Shown: positions 1 through 7,755 of the stretch, in pieces
Numbering within the stretch: the first letter of the stretch is position 1
How the letters are laid out: each line of letters begins with the position of its first letter
DNA from: Microthrixaceae bacterium
Lineage (GTDB): Bacteria > Actinomycetota > Acidimicrobiia > Acidimicrobiales > Microtrichaceae
Direction: 5' to 3'
DNA: 64,000 bases
Assembly: GCA_041394405.1 (NCBI GenBank)
Contig: JAWKIF010000016.1
Span: 1,202-65,201, forward strand
Translations under genes and position numbers: made by a program
The notes under the pieces: generated by a model
What the model was told of the DNA's origin: nothing
Databases searched by the model: none
The model's input: only the letters and a program-made list of their open reading frames with translations

Positions 1-481
1 CGTTGATCTGGCGGAACAGCCGATAGCTGCCGCGCGGCGTGCGGTGCGACGAATCGCCGGTGGACGAGTTGAAGACCACGTGCACCCTGCCGTTGTTCAC
101 CAGCTTGACGACCTGGTGTTGTAGGTCCACCTCGATCACGCGGCCGGAGCTGGCCCGCGGTGTCGGACGGCCAACCAGGTTGACGTGGCGAAGGGTGCGG
201 GGTCCCGCAACGCCGTCCCGACCCAGGCCGTAGTACTTCTGAAACGCCATGACCGCATGGGCGGTGTTGGATCCGTACTGGCCGTCGGGGGCCACGAAGA
301 AGCCCAGCTGGCTCAGGCGCGTCTGGAGTGCGTGCACGGCTGGGCCGCTGGAGCCGGTGCGGAGGGTCCGGTTGGTGGGCACTGAGGCCTGCTGGCAGGC
401 CGCACCGAACGCCACGACGAACGCCACGATGGCAAAGGTTCGAAGCCGGGAGGGACGATGGGTTGTGGTTGAAGTCGACAC
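1..481 (-). CDS. L,D-transpeptidase (YkuD-type) with peptidoglycan-binding domain and lipoprotein-like signal; 3' end cut by window edge
   Basis: Own translation of the minus strand. The frame is open from GTG (479-481) to position 1, and is absent from the ORF track because no stop lies in the window. N-terminus ...RLRTFAIVAFVVAFGAACQQ (signal plus Cys). Then PG_binding_1-like GPAVHALQTRLSQLGFFVAPDGQYGSNTAHAVMAFQKYYGLGRDGVAGPRT, then YkuD-like RVIEVDLQHQVVKLVNNGRVHVVFNSSTGDSSHRTPRGSYRLF. Confidence 0.7.
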   Translation of the reverse strand, partial: MSTSTTTHRPSRLRTFAIVAFVVAFGAACQQASVPTNRTLRTGSSGPAVHALQTRLSQLGFFVAPDGQYGSNTAHAVMAFQKYYGLGRDGVAGPRTLRHVNLVGRPTPRASSGRVIEVDLQHQVVKLVNNGRVHVVFNSSTGDSSHRTPRGSYRLFRQIN

Positions 482-670
482 CGGAACCGCCTTTGGTGGG
501 TGAGATGCACGCTCAATTGTTCGGCGAGCTGGGCCCGTCGGGGCACATCGGTTGATCAACCCGATGACCACGGCCCGCGCGTTGTCTCACGCAATGTAGC
601 GGCTCGGGCGGCTCTCGGCCATGGATGCTCCCGGGCGGCGCGGGCGCTTCGGTCGGGATACCTTGCCCAG

Positions 671-2149
671 GTGACTTCACGTGACGGCGCCGCCGAGCCC
701 ACCATCGAGTCAGCCCGACTGGGCCTGGCCCCGGAACCGCCCGAGCATCTGCCCCGCACCTTGGGCGAGTTGCTGGCCTCCGGGTGGACCAGCAGGTCGG
801 TGGCCGACGAGCTGCGAGCCAACGCAGTGGACCGGCTGCGGGCGGGCGTTCCGCTGGTGCCGGGCGTGATCGGCTACGAGGACACGGTCTTGCCGCAGCT
901 GGCCAATGCCTTGCTGGCGGGTCACGACCTGATCCTGTTGGGTGAGCGGGGACAGGCCAAGACGCGCATCATCCGCGCCCTCGTGGGGCTGCTGGACGAA
1001 TGGCTGCCCGTCGTAGCCGGCTCCGAGCTGTCCGATGATCCGACGGCGCCGGTGAGCCCCGGGGCGGTGTCCACCGTGGCCGAGGCGGGCGACGACACCC
1101 CCATCGAGTGGCTGCATCGCAGCGATCGCTTTGCCGAGAAGTTGGCAACCCCCGATACGTCCATCGCCGATCTGATCGGCGAGGTGGATCCCATCAAGGT
1201 GGCCGAGGGCCGCCATCTGGACGACGAGGGCACCATTCACTTCGGCCTCGTCCCCCGGGCCAACCGCGGCATCTTCGCCATCAACGAGCTGCCGGATCTC
1301 TCCGAGCGAATTCAGGTGGGTCTCCTGAACGTGCTGGAGGAGCGCGACGTGCAGATCCGCGGCTACCGCATTCGCCTGCCGCTGGACGTCATGTTGATCG
1401 CCTCGGCCAACCCCGAGGACTACACCAACCGGGGCCGCCTCATCACCCCGCTGAAGGACCGTTTCGGTGCCCAGATCCGCACCCACTACCCGCTGGAGGT
1501 GGCGACCGAGGTGGACATTCTCGCCCAGGAGGCCCGTCTTCCGGCGGCCGAGGGTGTCACCGTCACCGTGCCGCGGGCCATGGCCGACGTTGTGGCCACC
1601 TTCTCCCATCTGGCCCGTCAGTCCTCGCAGGTCTCACAGCGCTCCGGCGTCTCGGTACGCCTGACCGTGACCAACTACGAGACGATGGCCGCCAACGCGT
1701 TGCGCCGGGCCCTGCGCCTGGGCGAGGAGGAGGCGGCGCCCCGGGTGTGCGATCTGGACGCATTGCCGGCCTCCACCATGGGCAAGGTGGAGATCGAGAG
1801 CCTGGAGGAGGGCCGAGGAGGCCAGATCGTCGAGGCGCTGTGGCATCACGCAGTGCTCACGGTCTTTCGCGAGCTGGTGAGCCCGGGCGACCTGGGCCGG
1901 GTGGTGGACGAGGTGGAGCAGCTGGGCTCGGTCGAGGTGGGTGATGAGGTGAGCCTGGCCGAGTTCACCGAGCTGCTCTCGGGAGCACCCGAGCTGACCA
2001 AGGTGGCCGCATCGGTGGCGGGTGACGCCGCCGCGGCGGCGGAGCTGGCCTCCGCCGCCGAGCTGGTGCTGGAGGGTCTACACCTGTCGAAACGCCTCAA
2101 CAAGGACGCATTGGGCGCAGCGACCACCTACACCGGACGCCGGGGCTGA
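671..2149 (+). CDS. AAA+ ATPase, Mg-chelatase ChlI/MoxR-like
   Basis: ORF 500-2149. Walker A-like GERGQAKT, Walker B-like GIFAINELPD, ChlI-type core (NRGRLITPLKDRFG). Start placed at in-frame GTG 671; the first ~170 nt of the ORF look like divergent intergenic DNA. Start uncertain. Confidence 0.75.
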   Translation: MTSRDGAAEPTIESARLGLAPEPPEHLPRTLGELLASGWTSRSVADELRANAVDRLRAGVPLVPGVIGYEDTVLPQLANALLAGHDLILLGERGQAKTRIIRALVGLLDEWLPVVAGSELSDDPTAPVSPGAVSTVAEAGDDTPIEWLHRSDRFAEKLATPDTSIADLIGEVDPIKVAEGRHLDDEGTIHFGLVPRANRGIFAINELPDLSERIQVGLLNVLEERDVQIRGYRIRLPLDVMLIASANPEDYTNRGRLITPLKDRFGAQIRTHYPLEVATEVDILAQEARLPAAEGVTVTVPRAMADVVATFSHLARQSSQVSQRSGVSVRLTVTNYETMAANALRRALRLGEEEAAPRVCDLDALPASTMGKVEIESLEEGRGGQIVEALWHHAVLTVFRELVSPGDLGRVVDEVEQLGSVEVGDEVSLAEFTELLSGAPELTKVAASVAGDAAAAAELASAAELVLEGLHLSKRLNKDALGAATTYTGRRG

Positions 2150-2153
2150 CTGC

Positions 2154-4169
2154 GTGTCCTCCCGGCTGCGCTATTCGCCGTGGGACGGCACGCAGGTGGG
2201 CTTTGATGTCGACGCGCTGGACATCATGGAGGAACTCACCGACGACCTGCTGTACTCCGGCGACGTCAACGCCGCCCTGCGGAGGCTGCTGAACGAGGGC
2301 ATGACCGACCGGGACGGTCGTCGTCTGGAGGGTCTGGCCGAGCTGCTGGAGCGGCTGAAGCAACGTCGCGAGGAGCTGCTGGCCCAATCCGACGTTGGCT
2401 CGGCGGTCGAGGGCATCGGGGAGGAGCTGGCGGCCATCACCGACCTGGAACGGGCTGAGATGGACCGCCAGGAGGCCGCCGCCCGGGCGTCCGGAGACGA
2501 GGAGTGGGTTCGTGCTGCGGAGGAGGCGTTCACGAACAAGCGCTTCGATCTCGACCTCATGCCCCCGGACCTGGCCGGTCAGATGAAGGCGCTGGACGGC
2601 TACGACTTCACCTCGAGCGAGGCTCAGGAACGCTTTGACCAGCTGAGCGAGCAGCTGCGTTCCCAGCTCCTGGACAACGCCTTCGGCCAGATGAGCGATG
2701 CCATGGCCAACATGTCGCCGGAGGAGCTGGCCCGCAACCGGGACATGATGGCCGAGCTCAACCAGATGCTGGAGGACCGTGCGGCCGGCGCCGAACCCGA
2801 CTTCGAGGGGTTCATGGAGCGCTACGGCGACATGTTCCCGGAGAACCCCTCCGATCTGGACGAGCTTCTGGAGGCGCTGGCGCGACGCATGGCCGCAGCC
2901 CAGGCGCTGATGAACTCACTGTCGCCCGAGCAGCGCGCCGAGCTGGCTGCGCTGTCGGAACAGCTGATGGGCGACATGGGCCTGAACTTCGAGATGTCGC
3001 GCCTAGCGGCCAATCTGCGCCAGGCGTTTCCCGATGCCGGCTGGTCGAACCGCTACGACACCTCGGGTATCGACCCGCTGGATCTGGGCGAGGCATCGCA
3101 GCTGATGGCCGAGCTGGGCGACCTGGACTCGCTGCGCGGCCTGTTGCGCTCGGCGGCCGCCCCCGGTGCGCTCGACGAGGTTGACCTCGACCGGCTGGCC
3201 GAGCTGATGGGCCCCGAGTCTGCCGAGCAGGTGAGCCGCCTGGCCGAGTTGGCCCGCACGTTGAACGAGGCCGGGTTGGTCGATCAACGCGATGGCCGGC
3301 TGGAGCTCACGCCGGCGGGGCTGCGCCGCCTGGGTCAGGACGCCCTCGCCCAGGTGTTCCGACAGCTCCGCAGCGACCAGCTGGGCACCCACGAACACCC
3401 CGACGTGGGCGTGGGGCACGAGCCCGCCTACGTCACACGCCCTTGGGAGTGGGGCGACCCGTTCCGGGTGGACCTGCACCGCACCGTGCGCAACGCCGTA
3501 CTGCGGGAGGCCGCCGAGGGTCAACCGCCCAACGGCAGCGTGAGGTTGTCGCCGGATGACTTCGAGATCGGCGAGACCGAACACCAGGTGCGGGCCGCCA
3601 CGGTGTTGATGCTGGATCTGTCCCTGTCCATGCCCATGCGGGACTATTTCCTGCCCGCCAAGCGGGTGGCCATGGCGCTCTATGGCCTCATCTCCATGCA
3701 GTACCCGCGTGATTACCTGGGGATCGTGGGGTTTGCGAAGCTGGCCCGGGCGCTCAGCCCCGCACAGCTGCCGGAGGCCACCTGGGACCTGGGCATGGGC
3801 ACCAACATGGCTCATGGCTTTGCGCTCGCCAGGCAAATGCTGGCCCACGAGCAGGGGACCCGCCAGATTCTGATGGTGACCGATGGCGAACCGACCGCCC
3901 ACATCGACCGCTTCGGCGAGGCCCAGTTCAGCTATCCGCCCACCCGCGAGACCGTCGATGCCACGCTGGCGGAGGTGGGACGTTGTACCCAGGCCGGCAT
4001 TCGCATCAACACGTTCATGCTGGAGCCCGACGGCGGTCTCGCCCGATTCGTGGAGCGCATCAGCGCCCTCAACGGCGGCAGGGCGTTCTTTGCCGATCCC
4101 AGCAATCTGGGGGAGTTTGTCCTGGTGGACTTCGTGGAACAGCGCCGGATGCGGCTGCATCGTCGGTAG
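2154..4169 (+). CDS. von Willebrand factor A (vWA) domain protein, partner of the upstream AAA+ ATPase
   Basis: ORF 2022-4169. C-terminal vWA fold with MIDAS-like DLSLSM and later MVTDGEPT. Acidic helical N-terminal two-thirds. In-frame GTG 2154 lies 4 nt after the AAA+ stop, suggesting an operon. Confidence 0.75.
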   Translation: MSSRLRYSPWDGTQVGFDVDALDIMEELTDDLLYSGDVNAALRRLLNEGMTDRDGRRLEGLAELLERLKQRREELLAQSDVGSAVEGIGEELAAITDLERAEMDRQEAAARASGDEEWVRAAEEAFTNKRFDLDLMPPDLAGQMKALDGYDFTSSEAQERFDQLSEQLRSQLLDNAFGQMSDAMANMSPEELARNRDMMAELNQMLEDRAAGAEPDFEGFMERYGDMFPENPSDLDELLEALARRMAAAQALMNSLSPEQRAELAALSEQLMGDMGLNFEMSRLAANLRQAFPDAGWSNRYDTSGIDPLDLGEASQLMAELGDLDSLRGLLRSAAAPGALDEVDLDRLAELMGPESAEQVSRLAELARTLNEAGLVDQRDGRLELTPAGLRRLGQDALAQVFRQLRSDQLGTHEHPDVGVGHEPAYVTRPWEWGDPFRVDLHRTVRNAVLREAAEGQPPNGSVRLSPDDFEIGETEHQVRAATVLMLDLSLSMPMRDYFLPAKRVAMALYGLISMQYPRDYLGIVGFAKLARALSPAQLPEATWDLGMGTNMAHGFALARQMLAHEQGTRQILMVTDGEPTAHIDRFGEAQFSYPPTRETVDATLAEVGRCTQAGIRINTFMLEPDGGLARFVERISALNGGRAFFADPSNLGEFVLVDFVEQRRMRLHRR

Positions 4170-4412
4170 CGCCGACACCGACCCGCCGGTCGCCAACGCG
4201 TGAGTTGCCGGTCACGTAGCGTAGGAATCCGCCACGGAAGTGAACTCGGCATTGCGTTGAGGGGCTCGGTGTGGGCAGAATAAACCACACCGCTGTAATT
4301 ACATGCGTGTCTCACTTGGAGTGGGGACGTGGCACCGGTCCAGTCGGAGCACCTCCGGGGTGTTGCTTCGAGGGTCGCATCGGAGCCGCCACCTGCCGCC
4401 GGGGGGAGGGAC

Positions 4413-4721
4413 ATGGCTGGAGGCCCCGAACCAATGGATCACGAAGCGACCCACGAGCCCGAGGAAGCCAGTTGGCAGATGGAAGCCAACTGCCTCGGGG
4501 TCGACCCCGACCTGTTCTTTCCCGAACGCGGAGCCTCGACCAAGGAGGCCAAGGGCGTGTGCCGGGGCTGCGTGGTGCGCGAGGACTGCTTGGAGTTCGC
4601 CCTCCAGAACGGCGAGAAGTTCGGGATCTGGGGCGGGTTGAGCGAGCGTGAGCGTCGCCGCATTCGCCGCCAGCGGGCACTGGCCCGGGCCGCCAAGCGG
4701 GACGATTCCCAGACCGCCTGA
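4413..4721 (+). CDS. WhiB-family transcriptional regulator (Fe-S)
   Basis: ORF 4329-4721. Four-Cys pattern (NCLG...CRGC..REDC), GIWGG turn and basic tail ERERRRIRRQR. ATG 4413 is preceded by GGGAGGG. Confidence 0.85.
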   Translation: MAGGPEPMDHEATHEPEEASWQMEANCLGVDPDLFFPERGASTKEAKGVCRGCVVREDCLEFALQNGEKFGIWGGLSERERRRIRRQRALARAAKRDDSQTA

Positions 4722-4826
4722 GGGCGACTCACCCAACCGTCGGCCGGCGGGTCGCCACGGCGTGTCCGGTGCGCGCAGATCGGCGGCCACCACCAGGCCA
4801 ACCCCAGTCGGGAGCCCTGGGTGCGC

Positions 4827-5441
4827 TCAAGCCCGCCCCTGCACTCCGTCGGGGGTGACCACCAGGTGCATGGGTACGTCCCAGGGCTGGACGTCGAGGT
4901 CATCCACGAGCTGGAAGGAATGGGCGACGCCCACCAGCAGCGGACCGGGGGCGTCGAAACGTGAGAGTCCGGCGAGCAGCCGGTCGTACCACCCGGCGCC
5001 GTTGCCCAGCCGGTTGCCGCTGCGGTCGAAGGCCAACGCCGGCACCAGGATGAGGCCATGGTCGGTGGCGTCCACCGCTGCCGACCCATCGGCCGGGTAG
5101 CGCAGGTGCCGCCAGGCCACGGCCAACTCCGTGTCGTCGCTCCACGCCAGCAACCGGGGGACGGCGGCGGGGTGGCCGGGCAGTGTGCGGCCGTGGGGCG
5201 CGGCGAGTCGGCGAACATCGGGTTCACCCCGCACGGGCCAGTACACCGCCACGGGCCCACGCTGGGCGGCGGCGACGATGGCGGGCTCGTCGTGCAGCGC
5301 GTCGAGGATGGCCGTGGAGGCCGAGGCAACTCGGTCGACGGGCAACGCCCGGCGTCGTTCGATCAGCCGCCGCCGCAGTCGAGTGCGTTGCTCGGAGGGG
5401 CCCGAGGCGGCCCGTGCGTCGTCCACGGGTAGGATCATCAC
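4827..5441 (-). CDS. 5-formyltetrahydrofolate cyclo-ligase
   Basis: ORF 4827-5441. N-terminal RxxLRRRL...R pattern and C-terminal GNGAGWYDRLL motif typical of MTHFS. The true start may be one of the GTG/ATG codons within the first 6 codons. Confidence 0.8.
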   Translation of the reverse strand: MMILPVDDARAASGPSEQRTRLRRRLIERRRALPVDRVASASTAILDALHDEPAIVAAAQRGPVAVYWPVRGEPDVRRLAAPHGRTLPGHPAAVPRLLAWSDDTELAVAWRHLRYPADGSAAVDATDHGLILVPALAFDRSGNRLGNGAGWYDRLLAGLSRFDAPGPLLVGVAHSFQLVDDLDVQPWDVPMHLVVTPDGVQGRA

Positions 5442-5603
5442 ATGAACGAATGGGTATGGGTCATCCTGATTGCCGCGGTCGTACTTGGCGGATCGCAGAT
5501 CCCCAAGCTGGCCCGCAACCTCGGTCGAGCGCAGAACGAGTTCAAGCGTGGCTTGGATGAGGGCAAGGCTGACGTCGACGACGGGTCAACCAGCGACAGC
5601 TAG
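5442..5603 (+). CDS. tatA: Sec-independent (twin-arginine) translocase subunit TatA/E
   Basis: Not in the ORF track (53 aa). Own translation: MNEWVWVILIAAVVLGGSQIPKLARNLGRAQNEFKRGLDEGKADVDDGSTSDS*. This gives an N-terminal TM helix, then G..IPKLAR.LG.A..EFKRG amphipathic helix, matching the TatA consensus. Confidence 0.85.
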   Translation: MNEWVWVILIAAVVLGGSQIPKLARNLGRAQNEFKRGLDEGKADVDDGSTSDS

Positions 5604-5607
5604 GCGC

Positions 5608-5642
5608 GGTACACCGCCGACGCAGCGCGCCGACGGTGTACC
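5608..5642. terminator. Hairpin between convergent tatA and whiB-like genes
   Basis: GGTACACCG (5608-5616) pairs perfectly with CGGTGTACC (5634-5642). No clear T-tract. Confidence 0.4.
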
Positions 5643-5695
5643 GGGTTGGGGACGAGTTGGTTTGGCGGGGGACTTGAGCTTCGGGGGAAGGCGTC

Positions 5696-5953
5696 TCAGC
5701 CGACCGAGACCGGGGTGGCCACGGATCGGCGCTTGAGAATGCGCCGACGCTCACGCTCGGAGGTTCCGCCCCAGACGCCGTGGTCGATCCGGTTCACCAG
5801 GGCGTACTCAAGGCACACCTGGCGAACGGGGCAGTCGGTGCACACCTTCTTGGCGACCTCGACTCCGACACCGTCGCTGGGGAAGAACAGACCGGGCGGC
5901 TGCTCGACGCAGTTGCCTTCGTCCATCCACTCGCTGTCCATCTTGGACTTCAT
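5696..5953 (-). CDS. WhiB-family transcriptional regulator (Fe-S)
   Basis: ORF 5696-5953. Motifs GNC...CTDCPVRQVC, GVWGG and ERERRRILKRR. Confidence 0.85.
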   Translation of the reverse strand: MKSKMDSEWMDEGNCVEQPPGLFFPSDGVGVEVAKKVCTDCPVRQVCLEYALVNRIDHGVWGGTSERERRRILKRRSVATPVSVG

Positions 5954-6087
5954 GGTTTCTACAACTACCAGTGCGCTGGTTTGTTCCCAAGCGTCCCCGC
6001 TGAGAGGTCACTTGGACTGAGAGCGGGCACAGTGCGTCGGCCTGCCGGCTGATCCGATCGGATCTTCGGCGACGAAAACGCGACGGG

Positions 6088-7395
6088 GTGGTTGGCCAAG
6101 CCCCCGGTGAGGACGCATGCTGGTGTGCCATGGACCCTAGAGAACCCGAGAGCGGGTCCCCCGCCGCGTCGAACCAGGAGGCGGTTCCCCACTTTGTTCC
6201 GGCGCCGCCACCGCCCCGCCCGGGCGACGTTGGCCAGGGCGCCCAGGGCCCACCGCTGTTCGACCCGGCCACACCGCCGTTGGGCGGGTCCCCTGCCGGG
6301 CACCGGCCGCCGCCGACGGTCTCCGACGGTGGCTGGCGGACCGCCGCCCGGGGCGGCGTGGTGGGCGCCCTGGTGGCATCGCTGCTGTTTGGCGCCCTGT
6401 TTCTGCTGGCGCCCCGGCGCGAGATCACCGAGGTGCGGCCCGCCGATGAGCTGCGGCGCGATGCCCTCAACCTGGGCGCGCTGCTTGAGTTGGTGCGCCC
6501 CAGCGTGGTGGCGGTGAACACCGGCCAGCGTTCGGGCGAGGAGATGTTCGGAGGTGAGGGTTCTGGTGTCGTGCTGTCCGAGGATGGCCTGGTGCTGACC
6601 AACGCCCATGTGGTTTCCGGCGCACCGGCCATCAGCGTTGACCTGGCCGACGGACGTTCCCGTCCCGCCACGTTGGTGGGCAGCTTCCCCGAACGAGACG
6701 TGGCGGTGATCCAGATGCAGAATCTGGATTCGCCGGTGGTCCCGGCGCCGCTGGGCAGCTCGGCCGACCTGAAGGTGGGCGACGAGGTGGTGGCCATCGG
6801 CAATGCGCTGGGCCTCGGCGAGGACCCGAGCGTCACCACCGGCATCGTGTCGGCCAAGGGCCGCAGCATCGAGGGTCCGCGCGGCCGTCTCAGCGACCTC
6901 ATTCAGACCGATGCGGCCATCAACCCGGGCAACTCCGGCGGGCCGCTGCTGGACGTGTCGGGCAACGTGGTGGGGATCAACACCGCGTTTGCCGCCAATT
7001 CCCAGAACATCAGCTTCGCATTGGAGATCGACTCGGTGATGCCCTACGTGGAGGACATCGAGGCGGGCGACAGCCCGGTGACGGCCAACAGCCCGTTCCT
7101 CGGCGTGCGCACCCAGGATGTGGGCGATCTGCCGGAGGACATCCGCGTCAACTTCGAGGTGGACGAGACCGAGGGCGCCTTTGTGATCTCGGTGGTGCCC
7201 GATTCGGGAGCCCAACAGACCGGCCTGCTCAAGGGCGACGTCATCGTCGAGCTTGACGGTCAGCCGGTCGCCACCTCGGGCGACGTGGGGGAGTTGGTGG
7301 CCGACTCCAAGCCTGGCGAGAAGCTGGCGGTCACCTACATTCGCGCCGGCGAGCGACGCGAGGCGGAGGTAACGATGGGGCGGGTGGGCGGCTGA
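6088..7395 (+). CDS. HtrA/DegP-like trypsin-fold serine protease with C-terminal PDZ domain, membrane anchored
   Basis: ORF 6088-7395. Pro-rich N-terminus, TM segment VVGALVASLLFGALFLLA, catalytic motifs LTNAHVV and TDAAINPGNSGGPLLD, PDZ-like GDVIVELDGQPV. Start may be the internal ATG (MDPREPES). Confidence 0.85.
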   Translation: MVGQAPGEDACWCAMDPREPESGSPAASNQEAVPHFVPAPPPPRPGDVGQGAQGPPLFDPATPPLGGSPAGHRPPPTVSDGGWRTAARGGVVGALVASLLFGALFLLAPRREITEVRPADELRRDALNLGALLELVRPSVVAVNTGQRSGEEMFGGEGSGVVLSEDGLVLTNAHVVSGAPAISVDLADGRSRPATLVGSFPERDVAVIQMQNLDSPVVPAPLGSSADLKVGDEVVAIGNALGLGEDPSVTTGIVSAKGRSIEGPRGRLSDLIQTDAAINPGNSGGPLLDVSGNVVGINTAFAANSQNISFALEIDSVMPYVEDIEAGDSPVTANSPFLGVRTQDVGDLPEDIRVNFEVDETEGAFVISVVPDSGAQQTGLLKGDVIVELDGQPVATSGDVGELVADSKPGEKLAVTYIRAGERREAEVTMGRVGG

Positions 7396-7472
7396 GTCGA
7401 GCCCCCGACCGCAGCCGGTAACATGACCCATTCCGACTCGCCAACGAGCGCATCACGAACTTTGGAGCCGAC

Positions 7473-7745
7473 ATGGCCTACGAAGAGCCCCTCTATGACC
7501 CCGACTCGCCGCCGAGAGCGGACATCACCATTGCCTACACCGGGCCCGTCTCGCCCCACTGGGACATCCGCACTCGCTCCGGGGATGCCTCGGTGGCCGA
7601 TGCCTTTGCCGCCCGGGTGAATGCCCGCCTCATGCTGCTCCCTGCCCACGATCCACAGTTTCGACGCAATCGCGAGCGGGTCAACAAGGACGCCGAGCGC
7701 GAACACATCCGACTTGCCTGGGACTTGGGCTACGACGAGGACTGA
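7473..7745 (+). CDS. Hypothetical protein (90 aa)
   Basis: ORF 7473-7745 with GGAG 6-9 nt upstream of the ATG and host-like codon usage. No motif recognised. Confidence 0.5.
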   Translation: MAYEEPLYDPDSPPRADITIAYTGPVSPHWDIRTRSGDASVADAFAARVNARLMLLPAHDPQFRRNRERVNKDAEREHIRLAWDLGYDED

Positions 7746-7755
7746 GGTCGGCTTC

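Noticed and set aside
4170-4721. WhiB7-like gene with regulatory leader
   Set aside because: The 240-nt upstream region is long, but the protein lacks the C-terminal AT-hook (RGRP) characteristic of WhiB7. I saw no uORF or terminator arrangement. It is called a generic WhiB.
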